A stretch of 64,000 nucleotides of DNA from Candidatus Thorarchaeota archaeon (GTDB lineage Archaea; Asgardarchaeota; Thorarchaeia; Thorarchaeales; Thorarchaeaceae), in contig CAVSBO010000003.1 in NCBI GenBank assembly GCA_963726195.1, positions 288,001 to 352,000 on the forward strand. Direction: 5' to 3'. Position 1 is the first letter of the stretch. Every line of letters begins with the position of its first letter. The position numbers were made by a program, and so were the translations under genes. A model generated the notes under the pieces. It had not been told where the DNA came from. It saw only the letters and a list, made by a program, of their open reading frames with translations, and did not search any database. Below are positions 54,247 through 63,167 of this stretch, in pieces.

Positions 54247-56076
54247 ATGCGCGCATACCTCGATGCGAATTTCTTCATCAGCGGATTCAGTGAAAGGCCG
54301 AAAGATGTACAACTCATCAAGGAGGCGTGTGACCGTATCGGTCTGGAGGTATGGATGACGCGCCAAGTTTTTCAAGAACTCAGATGGTATCTGCGGCGCG
54401 AAGTTGAGCAGATAATCCAGATCGACGAAACACTCATGAAGGACATCAAGGCATTTCTCGAGAGCTTTGGCAAACCTGAGTCCGCTCTGCCACAGCCCAA
54501 TGACATGTCCATGGTGCTCGCTGCAATAAGAGTCAAGCAATCGCAAATCGTGACAAGTGATCTGAAGCTGCTGAATACACTGCAAGAGTTCAAGATAGAG
54601 GTTGAGGGAATAGTAGGCTCAGCCTTTGTTCTCGAACTGATAGAATCAACAGAGAATCCCGAAGAGAAAAAGAAGCTTGAACCAATCCACGACAGAATCT
54701 ATGCCGAGGAGGTCCGCTATAGCATCTCGAGGCAAGAGGCCTACGACCCTGTTACAAGGATTCGCATCATTGAAGACCACGCCATGAAAGTCATGCGCAC
54801 AGTGAGGCGGCCTGCAGGTGGACTGGATAAGAAACTGTCCAAGGGGCAATCACTGTTTGTTCTTGACTTCCTCGAAGACATCAAGGCTGGAATACCCGCG
54901 ATGTTTGATGATTTCAGGGCGGGCAAGTATGACTCGTTGGCAGATGAAATCGAGGCAGTCCAGAACGAAATCGAGCGGCTACTGATTGTCTCGACTCTTA
55001 CAGATGATGCCGAGACTCACAGAAAACTGGTCGAGCATGCATCTGACCTTACGCTGTTCCTTTACTATCTCGAGATGATTTGTCATCTGTATCGAGGCAC
55101 TCGCCAAGGCGTCGAGGATGCTAAGGCTCTCAGCGAAGAAGCGTTCCGGCTCTTGATGTTCGCATCCGTCTCAAACGAGGAACTGAAGGCATCGACATTC
55201 TTCGTCAGGATCGTTCTTGCAATCATTCGTCAGGACTATGAAGAGATTGATTGGTTCTACTCTCTCTACGATAGCATGCTGGAGCGGTTAGGGCTCGAAG
55301 ACATGAAAGCAACTTCCGAAGGCCTCTACGTCACAATGCAGATCCTGCGCAAGTTCATGGGCGGATTCTCACTGGCCAAAAGCAAGCTACAGTACCCGGA
55401 TGCCACTATATCTATGTTGAACGACCTTGCCAAGTACTATTGCCAATTCGATGAACATGACACGGCTTGGCAGATGTCGGTGAATGCCTACAAGATTGGA
55501 ATTGCATACGGCAAGGAAGAGGGATCTCAGTCATCATTTCTGATGCTGTACAAGATATCCTCCTCATCCGGCGACAAACTGAAGCCGAGCCTCGAGAAGA
55601 TAGCAGAGCACGCCTTGAAACTCTTTGTCAAGAAAGGTTGGAGTACAACCGAGATTACACCAATCCTCAATGAGATTCAAGGGAACTACCCGCCAGTGGC
55701 GATACGGGTCTCGTCCGAGACAGTCGACTTCAACGACTTGCCTCAGGAACTCACTGGTTGGATGGATGTGCTCTCTGTGCAGAGTCTGAGCGGCATTGAG
55801 ACACTCATTGTGAGAAACAACAAACTCCACATTCGCGTCGGAATCATCATCACGGACCGTCCGGAACTCAAGACTCTCAAGACGGGACATAAGGTCGCTC
55901 TCGCGAGAGGCAAGTTCAGGGTTGAAAAGGCCAGTTCTGTTGCGTTGCGCGATTACTCTGTCATGTTTGTCATTACACCCAGCGAAGGGTCTGAGGTCTC
56001 ATACGAAGGGGAGTATGGTTTTAGCTATCTCAGAATAGCCCAGCCGCAGGCCGAAGTCAGAGAAATAACATCCTAG
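54247..56076 (+). CDS. PIN-domain protein with long helical region and beta-rich C-terminus
   Basis: YLDANFFI, VFQEL, NDMSMV and VTSDLKL supply the four acidic PIN positions. Confidence 0.75.
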   Translation: MRAYLDANFFISGFSERPKDVQLIKEACDRIGLEVWMTRQVFQELRWYLRREVEQIIQIDETLMKDIKAFLESFGKPESALPQPNDMSMVLAAIRVKQSQIVTSDLKLLNTLQEFKIEVEGIVGSAFVLELIESTENPEEKKKLEPIHDRIYAEEVRYSISRQEAYDPVTRIRIIEDHAMKVMRTVRRPAGGLDKKLSKGQSLFVLDFLEDIKAGIPAMFDDFRAGKYDSLADEIEAVQNEIERLLIVSTLTDDAETHRKLVEHASDLTLFLYYLEMICHLYRGTRQGVEDAKALSEEAFRLLMFASVSNEELKASTFFVRIVLAIIRQDYEEIDWFYSLYDSMLERLGLEDMKATSEGLYVTMQILRKFMGGFSLAKSKLQYPDATISMLNDLAKYYCQFDEHDTAWQMSVNAYKIGIAYGKEEGSQSSFLMLYKISSSSGDKLKPSLEKIAEHALKLFVKKGWSTTEITPILNEIQGNYPPVAIRVSSETVDFNDLPQELTGWMDVLSVQSLSGIETLIVRNNKLHIRVGIIITDRPELKTLKTGHKVALARGKFRVEKASSVALRDYSVMFVITPSEGSEVSYEGEYGFSYLRIAQPQAEVREITS

Positions 56077-56088
56077 GACTTGTCAGGA

Positions 56089-56517
56089 ATGGACCCTGTC
56101 ACACTCGTCATCATCTTGGCTGGCATAGTCCTCGCAGGCGCGTTTAACTACGTGCTCAACCGTGCCTCGGGTGCAGAACCAGAAGACTTCGAATTCGGTC
56201 CGAGCGGCATGGCGATCCAATGCGATTGTTTCATCAACATTCTGATCATTGGGGCCATCGTTACTCTCGCAGTAGCATTGTCATCGGCAGCCTTCTCTTC
56301 TCCGCTAGAACTGTATGCCACAGGTGCCTTGGCATTCGCTGCAACAACAATAGCTGGTCTCCTAGGCAGAAGACGTAGGCACCGCGAGTGGGGGGAGATG
56401 GAAGACGTTCTAGAGCGAGTCGTGCCCGATGACTATCTTGACGTCAGAGAACAGGATTTCGCAGACCTCCCGCCTGACGATGACGATGAAGACTCTGATG
56501 ACGATGTGCTGTTCTAA
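56089..56517 (+). CDS. Small 3-TM protein with acidic C-terminal tail
   Basis: Three hydrophobic segments, RRRRHR stop-transfer, DDDDEDSDDD tail. Confidence 0.75.
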   Translation: MDPVTLVIILAGIVLAGAFNYVLNRASGAEPEDFEFGPSGMAIQCDCFINILIIGAIVTLAVALSSAAFSSPLELYATGALAFAATTIAGLLGRRRRHREWGEMEDVLERVVPDDYLDVREQDFADLPPDDDDEDSDDDVLF

Positions 56518-56630
56518 CTATTCAGTTGATGATTCGGCCTTCTGGAAACTTTCGGGGGCAAGAAGCAGCGAGATTCGGATTGTGTTCTGCAACCAATACA
56601 GTTTAGTCGGATGATGACCTTGTTCAGAGC

Positions 56631-57785
56631 GTGGCTACGGCTAATTCTGCTGTGGGACAGGTCCGGCTCATATACAAGGTTCTCATACTAGGAAATCGAC
56701 CGTCTTTGCAAGCTGGATTCCTGAACCAAGCATCTGGAAGCTGCCTGTCTTACCAACTCTACACCGCACTCGGGATTGGGATCGGAGTCGCAAGAATGCC
56801 TAGCCCGATTGGAACCGTCACGCTTCAGCTTTGGCTGATTCCTTCTCAGGAACGATTCGTTGGCATAACTAGAGGACTCATGAAAGGAGCTCGTTCGTCA
56901 ATTGTGGTTGTCAGAGAGGACGATCTTGCGAATCTCTCTGATATGTTGCTCGAGCTCGCTCCTGAGCAGAAGGACTCGCTGTCAATCGTAGTTGTCGGGT
57001 CCCTACTCGACCGCGAGAGTGTCAGGGTCTCAGTTGAGGATGCGCTCCGTCAAGAGTGCAAAATACACCGGGCAGATTCGGTGCAGCAGACTCTTCGAGC
57101 CGTGTCCGAGCTCATGGTTTTGCAGCTAAGCGAAAGACCGCAGCCTATCCGGGTCATGCTGTTGGACGAGAGATACTGCCCGGAGTTTCAGTTCCAATTC
57201 AACCCTCCGACCCCGCAGCCAAACACACGAGAAGAGATACAGGCAATCAGGAGGTTCGCCTCATCATTGGGCCTAGAAGTCTCAGACAGTGCGTGTATGA
57301 TCAATCTTGAAGAAGGAGTAGCACAGCTCGAGCTGGCCACTGGTGCTCTTGTCTTTCGGTCTCGACTTTGTGAAGAATGCAGGAAGGACTGCAAGAAGGA
57401 GGAAAGAATCTGCATCGTGGGTCAAGACAAGGGGTGGTCCAGCGAAGGCATGGGTCCGAGAGCACTACTAACCATGGCGAAGCTCCAAGCACTCAATGGA
57501 AGAAGACTCCCAGAAGACGTACGGCTGCAGATTGATAGAGCTGTTGCTTGTTCACGTTTCACACCGAAGCCCGGCTCAGATATTAGCAGGTGCTCCCATG
57601 ATCCACGTCCATCGAATCAAATCGTTGGGCGAGAACGAACCACACTTCTGGAAGAAGCGCAGAAGAGAGTGATGCAGGGGAGACTCCCGTCTTCGGTCTA
57701 CAACATGCTAAAGAGCAAGCTTCAACGTGCCGAGGGAAAATTCAATCGTGCCGAAGGTGCTGATAGTCCATGCCGCTTAGAATGA
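56631..57785 (+). CDS. Degenerate Rab-like GTPase domain fused to a Cys-rich C-terminal domain
   Basis: YKVLILG, TLQLWLIPSQERFVGITRGLMKGA (Rab LQLWDTAGQERF...YYRGA pattern); CEECRKDC...C cluster. Confidence 0.65.
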   Translation: MATANSAVGQVRLIYKVLILGNRPSLQAGFLNQASGSCLSYQLYTALGIGIGVARMPSPIGTVTLQLWLIPSQERFVGITRGLMKGARSSIVVVREDDLANLSDMLLELAPEQKDSLSIVVVGSLLDRESVRVSVEDALRQECKIHRADSVQQTLRAVSELMVLQLSERPQPIRVMLLDERYCPEFQFQFNPPTPQPNTREEIQAIRRFASSLGLEVSDSACMINLEEGVAQLELATGALVFRSRLCEECRKDCKKEERICIVGQDKGWSSEGMGPRALLTMAKLQALNGRRLPEDVRLQIDRAVACSRFTPKPGSDISRCSHDPRPSNQIVGRERTTLLEEAQKRVMQGRLPSSVYNMLKSKLQRAEGKFNRAEGADSPCRLE

Positions 57786-58273
57786 TTTCAGTAGTTGGAA
57801 GCTCTGAAGCCGACGAAGCAACTCTGAAACTAGCCGAGAATCTGGGTCAAGAGATAGCCAGAAGGGGGATCGCGCTTGTTTGCGGCGGTCTCGGGGGCGT
57901 CATGGAGGCAGCATGCCGTGGTGCAAAGAAGCGCAACGGGATGACCATAGGTCTGCTTCCTTCGGACAACAAGAAGGACGCAAATCAGTTCGTTGACGTG
58001 GTGATTCCAACCGGTTTCGGCCACGCAAGGAACTTCCTTGTCGCAAGAACTGGAGACGCCCTAATCGCAGTAGGTGGTCAAGCCGGCACCCTCAGTGAGA
58101 TGGCTATTGGGTGGTTCTCGCAGAAACCCGTCGTAGCGATGGCCCATTCAGGCGGCTGGGCAGAGAAACTCGCTGGCACTAGAATCGATGAGAAGAGAGA
58201 GGACAAGGTACATTCAGCAGAGACCCCCGAACAGGCCGTTGACATTGTGTTCAAAGTGCTGGGCTGGAAATAG
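57770..58273 (+). CDS. LOG-family nucleotide-binding protein (TIGR00725-like)
   Basis: CGGLGGVMEAACRGA, ARN, GTLSE. Confidence 0.9.
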   Translation: MPLRMISVVGSSEADEATLKLAENLGQEIARRGIALVCGGLGGVMEAACRGAKKRNGMTIGLLPSDNKKDANQFVDVVIPTGFGHARNFLVARTGDALIAVGGQAGTLSEMAIGWFSQKPVVAMAHSGGWAEKLAGTRIDEKREDKVHSAETPEQAVDIVFKVLGWK

Positions 58274-58333
58274 TGTTACCTGTGTTGCGTTATCGAGTGA
58301 CAGCCGCACGAAAGGCGAATAACAACAACTGCG

Positions 58334-59200
58334 TTGCATATGGACACCCGGAACGGAATTTCCATGAACAAGACTGGCATCCCAGAGTGGCGCGAGAACC
58401 TTTCGCGTGAAGATGTTCAGGAACTGACCTCACTGATTTCCGACAGGTACCGAAAGCTTCCAAACTTGATTGTTACGCCAGACGATGATGTGTTCTATGT
58501 GGGCGATCTTCACGGTGAACTAGAATCAGCTCTCGCTGTTCGTGACCTACTTCTCGGTAATCCGGAGAGTTCCATGGTTTTTCTGGGGGACTATGCGGAC
58601 AGGGGCCCTCAGCAGACCGAGACATTCAATCTAGTCTTGTCGCTTGCAGAGGAGTATCCGAATAGAGTCTTCATGCTCAGGGGAAACCATGAATCATCTG
58701 AGATCGCGAAAGTGTACGGCTTCTATTCGGCGGTCTCGGAACGTTATTCACGCGACCTATTTGAAAGCTATTCCAGAGTATTCGAAGCCCTGCCCTTGGT
58801 CGGGCTAAGCCCAGACGGAGTGTTTGCCTGCCACGGTGGTGTGCCCGAGCATGTCACGAGCAGCGAGCAGATAGATCGCATAGATAGGTTCGATGTCAAC
58901 TTCCCCGATGACATTGCATTCCAGCTGGCGTGGAACGACCCAAGGGAGGGAAACTTCCATTTCAAACGGAGCTACCGCTCAGACCGAGCTCGAGAGTTTG
59001 GCCGCTTGGCCTTTGAGGAGTTTGCATCAGACCTCGGAATTCGGCTCATGATTAGGGGTCACGAGGCCTTTGAAGATGGATGCATGGACTTCTTTGACGG
59101 GAGGCTCTTGAGCGTCTTTAGTGCTTCTTATGCAGGCGCAGTGAATCCGAAAGTGATTAGAGTACGAAAGGGTCTCTCGCTTGAGGTTGTCAGTATTTAG
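58334..59200 (+). CDS. PPP-family Ser/Thr protein phosphatase
   Basis: GDLHG, GDYADRG, RGNHE, HGG, WNDP, RGHE, SVFSA. Confidence 0.92.
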   Translation: MHMDTRNGISMNKTGIPEWRENLSREDVQELTSLISDRYRKLPNLIVTPDDDVFYVGDLHGELESALAVRDLLLGNPESSMVFLGDYADRGPQQTETFNLVLSLAEEYPNRVFMLRGNHESSEIAKVYGFYSAVSERYSRDLFESYSRVFEALPLVGLSPDGVFACHGGVPEHVTSSEQIDRIDRFDVNFPDDIAFQLAWNDPREGNFHFKRSYRSDRAREFGRLAFEEFASDLGIRLMIRGHEAFEDGCMDFFDGRLLSVFSASYAGAVNPKVIRVRKGLSLEVVSI

Positions 59201-59299
59201 GCCGCCTACCTAGGAGCAGCTTGATAAGGTCGTGCTAGACGACCACGCTGCTCTTGGCAAGAATAGGGCAGTCCTGCGCCCAAGGGTGGATGTAGCGAA

Positions 59300-60381
59300 A
59301 TGACCAAGGTGGCAGTAGTAAAGACATCGCCAAAGACGGTCAAGGCAGATATCGCTCGTCTTATGGATCTCAGCTGACTATGACAAGTCAGTCTCGAAGG
59401 ATGTTGCCACCACTATCAAACTCAATCTCTCTTGGAGCAAGTTCTATCCTGCCTGCTCAACCAACCCTTACATACTGGATGGTGTACTCAGCAAGCTAAT
59501 CGCTGATGGATTTGACCGTCACAGGATACAAGCAGTTGAAAATGAGACTGTTGTGACGAACATCTATCATGGAGTCCACAACAACAACTGGTACCCCGTT
59601 ATGAAGAAGCACGGCATCAAATTCCTCCCTCTCATCAAGGCCACATATGTTGATGTCAAGTTGCCACGAGAGACACTGGCCCTTAAGCAGATTTTCGGGG
59701 AGACCGTTGCGCCCAAGGAAATCTTTGGCACAAACATAATCCACTTGCCTACTATCAAGACACACGGTCACACTTTGATGACCGGAGCGATGAAGGACTC
59801 GTTTGGTCTTTACTTGACAAAGAAGCGGCACTTGGCGCATTTGCGTCTCCATGAGGTACTGACCGATCTTCTGTTACTTCAGAAGACAATTTCCCATTCT
59901 GAATTCGTCGTGACCGATGGGTCTGTTATGGGCGACGGAGCCGGACCGCGTACAATGGTGCCCAAAATCGGCAATATCCTTCTTGCGACTAATGATATGG
60001 TTGCTGCGGATACTGTTCAAACAAGACTGATGGGCATCGACCTCAGATTGGTGCATAAGCTCCGAATCGCAAATCAGCTTGGCCTTGGCGAAAGCAACCC
60101 AGAGAGAATCGAGATAGTCGGTGACTACGAATCTTGGAAAGATCTCCCGAATTTCCACCTCAAGCCCGCAAAAAGCCCGGTCATCATATGGAACCGAGGC
60201 TTCCTCCGCTTCCCGGGTATGGAGATGTTCCTCTTCAGGTCCCCTCTGATGTGGCTACCAACCCAGCTTTCTGGTCTGTATCATGATGGAATCTGGTTGC
60301 CGCTACGAGGAAAGAAGTGGGTCAAGTGGTTCCTCAACGGAGACAGATTGGGGACAGCTTTGGAAGTCCTATTCGAACTAG
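59300..60381 (+). CDS. DUF362 domain protein (frameshifts near 59370 and 60340)
   Basis: ATG 59300 MTKVAVVKT; IKLNLSW, HLPTIKTHGH, TGAMKD, DGAGPR, DMVAAD. Confidence 0.8.
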
Positions 60382-60423
60382 CAAAGGAGTGGTGAGAAAA
60401 CGGCAGCACGTGATTATGTTCAC

Positions 60424-61362
60424 TTGATGCGACCGCACCAGTGGTACAAGAACATACTCGTGTTTCTTGCGATCATATTCGTCGAAGTGCCAAAGGAATG
60501 GCCTTGGGAAACGCTGCCCGCCATATTCAACTGGAGATACTATCCTCCGCTTATAGTCGGATTCGTGGTTTTCTGTTTAGTGTCCTCCTCCGGATACATA
60601 TTGAACGACATAAAGGACATAGAGAAGGATGCAGCTCATCCTGAGAAGAAGAACAGACCTCTGCCCTCTGGCCGGGCTACTGTGCGAAAGGCGGCCTCAC
60701 TGGCGGTCGTTCTTGCCGGACTCGGCCTCTTCATCGGGTACATCTTGAACACTGTCTTCTTTTTGATTGTGGTACTCTACCTTATCAATTCACAATCTTA
60801 CAACCTCTACTTGCGGAACCGAGCAATTATCGATGTGGTGGCGATTGCAGTCGGCTTCGTATTGAGGGCTGTTGCTGGAACATTCCTGATACACGTGCCA
60901 TTCACATCATGGCTCGTTGTCGGTGTGTTCTTTGTGGCGCTCGTGTTGGGATTTGGCAAAAGAAAGAACGAACTACAGCTGCTCGGAGAAATGGCCCCAC
61001 AACACAAGAAGGTTTTCGAGAAGTACACAGATGAGATGCTCAATCAAGGCATCATCATGTCTGCGACTTGGGTTGTCCTCTTCTACGCTCTTTACTGCTA
61101 TGAGAACTTTAAGGATGTCATAGTCAACCAGCCAGTCATGATTACGGTTCCCATTGCCGCGGGCCTCGTTTTGAGATACGTCTATTTGATTGAGTCGGGT
61201 TCTCCAATCGGAAGAAAGCCCCATCTTGTCCTTGGAGATTCAGGTATGCTGGTTGGGGTGCTTATCTTCGCGATTGCACTCCTTTGGACACTGTTCTTTT
61301 GGATCCCTGTGATGGACTTCTTCCGCAACCTGTTCCCGCCGCTGTTTCCGACATTTCCTTAG
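60424..61362 (+). CDS. UbiA-family polyprenyl-phosphate phosphoribosyltransferase-like protein
   Basis: RPHQWYKN, YILNDIKDIEKDAAHPEKKNRPLPSG, GFVLRAVAG, FGKRKNE. Confidence 0.88.
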   Translation: MMRPHQWYKNILVFLAIIFVEVPKEWPWETLPAIFNWRYYPPLIVGFVVFCLVSSSGYILNDIKDIEKDAAHPEKKNRPLPSGRATVRKAASLAVVLAGLGLFIGYILNTVFFLIVVLYLINSQSYNLYLRNRAIIDVVAIAVGFVLRAVAGTFLIHVPFTSWLVVGVFFVALVLGFGKRKNELQLLGEMAPQHKKVFEKYTDEMLNQGIIMSATWVVLFYALYCYENFKDVIVNQPVMITVPIAAGLVLRYVYLIESGSPIGRKPHLVLGDSGMLVGVLIFAIALLWTLFFWIPVMDFFRNLFPPLFPTFP

Positions 61363-61371
61363 GTGCGCCTT

Positions 61372-62045
61372 ATGAACGACCGGCTTTCTGCATTTGACCT
61401 ACACAGTCACACCATTCACTCCAAGGATGGCCTCAGCAACCCCAAGTCGCTTTTCACTTGGATGAAACGCAAAGGGCTACGGGGCATGGCAATCACAGAG
61501 CACGTGACGCCTTCCATACTCCATCCCGTCGTCAGAGATGGCCATTTCTTGATTAACGCGTGCGAACACATGTCGACAGACTACGGCGAACTCATCGGCC
61601 TCTTCATAACTGAACCAATCAAGAACAGATCCTTCGCAGAAATCGCTGACGACATTAGGGGTCAGGGCGCCCTCAGAGTCCTGCCTCATCCGAGAGACCC
61701 ATTGAGAAAGGAGAGTGCTCTCAGAAGGCACTTGCCAGACGAAATGATAGTGCGCCATGTTGACCTCGTTGAGGGCATCAATTCGAGGTGTGTGGTCAAT
61801 CGTTTCAACGTCTGGGCACAGGAACTGGCACACCGGACAAACAAGCCCGTGACTGCAGGAAGTGACGCGCATTCGTTCTTAGAGATGGGTCATGCGAAGA
61901 CTTGGATTCAAGACATAGATGACGTAGAAGACATTCGCAAGGCTCTGAGACTAGGAAGGACGCAGATAACAGGCCATCCTTCATTCTGCTTGTGGCAAAT
62001 ACCGACGATGGTCTGGCAAAGAGCTGAGGAGGATAGGTCATTGAC
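61372..62045 (+). CDS. PHP-domain phosphoesterase
   Basis: DLHSHTIHSKDG, AITEH, PHP, EGINSR, GSDAH; in frame with the next gene as given, probably through an indel. Confidence 0.85.
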
Positions 62046-63078
62046 AGAAGGTCAGTGCGCTCCGGAGGAAAAAAGGGGTTCTCTAATCAGCATCCGTAGG
62101 CTGCTCGTGTTTGTTTTTCTCGGCGTCATCGTCTACATGCTTCTGGGCCTATATGCTCGAGTGGACCAAATTGCTGCGGCGCTTGTCTCTATGCCCTTGT
62201 GGGTATTGCCTGCCATGATGATACTGTCCTTCTTCAATTACGCAATTCGTTATGGCAAATGGCAGTACTATCTTCACCGCATCAATGTCCGACTATCAAA
62301 TGCCGATAGCTTCAGAGTGTTCCTTGCGGGCTTCACGCTAACAGCAACACCGGGAAAGATAGGTGAGGCAATCAAGGGTTACTTCATCAATGACCTGAAT
62401 GGTACACCCGTGGCTAGGACAGCACCACTGGTGGTCTCAGAACGAGTCACAGACTTGCTCGCAATGGTGATTCTCGCTCTTGTTGGGTTCGGTTTTGGCA
62501 CTGAAAGCAACGAACAAATGGAGACACTCATGCTTCTCACTGGCATTGTCCTAGTTGCGGCGGTGATTCTGAGCCGCCGTTCATTCTACAACAGACTGCT
62601 GAAGAGACTCACTTCCGTTGGACCGTTGAAAAGGTTCAGTGATAGCTGCGATCTCATCGAGGACACTATGGCTCGAAGCTTGGGCCCGAGACCAATGCTC
62701 GTCAGCACGGCCATAAGCCTCCCGGGGTGGTTCATGGAGTGTCTTGAACTCTGGCTCTTGCTGAGTATTCTATCCGGCGCAGGCTTGCCATCACTGCAAC
62801 CTTCATCTCTTATCCTGCTTCTCCAATCCACCTTCATCCATTCTGCAGCATCGGTCATAGGTGCAGTGACGTTCATGCCGGGCGGTCTTGGGACCTACGA
62901 AATTACGTCCATGCTTCTGATGACGAAGGTCATTGGATTGAGCGATGCCGTCGCGGGCGCTGCGACAATCCTCATAAGGTTCGTCACACTCTGGTTCAGC
63001 GTCATCGTTGGGTTCATCGCGCTTGGACTTCTGACCCGCAGAATCAAGGGAGCACGGGCACAAAAGGGTCAACCTTAA
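62041..63078 (+). CDS. UPF0104 / lysylphosphatidylglycerol-synthase TM (flippase-like) protein
   Basis: RYGKWQYYL, TPGKIGE, ERVTD, PGGLGTYE, LIRFVTLW; GAGGAGG RBS before TTG 62041. Confidence 0.85.
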   Translation: MTEGQCAPEEKRGSLISIRRLLVFVFLGVIVYMLLGLYARVDQIAAALVSMPLWVLPAMMILSFFNYAIRYGKWQYYLHRINVRLSNADSFRVFLAGFTLTATPGKIGEAIKGYFINDLNGTPVARTAPLVVSERVTDLLAMVILALVGFGFGTESNEQMETLMLLTGIVLVAAVILSRRSFYNRLLKRLTSVGPLKRFSDSCDLIEDTMARSLGPRPMLVSTAISLPGWFMECLELWLLLSILSGAGLPSLQPSSLILLLQSTFIHSAASVIGAVTFMPGGLGTYEITSMLLMTKVIGLSDAVAGAATILIRFVTLWFSVIVGFIALGLLTRRIKGARAQKGQP

Positions 63079-63167
63079 AACGCGGACCATAGTGTTGCCG
63101 CCGGTTAGCCTCACTCCGGAAGAAGAACTGGATACGGGCTGATCCCCCATTACTTGGGTGATGACAC

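Noticed and set aside
61363-63078. Apparent PHP-flippase fusion protein (571 aa)
   Set aside because: Deleting one base near 62020 gives a natural end (QKLRRIGH*) whose TGA overlaps a TTG start preceded by GAGGAGG. Given the indel rate, two genes are more likely.
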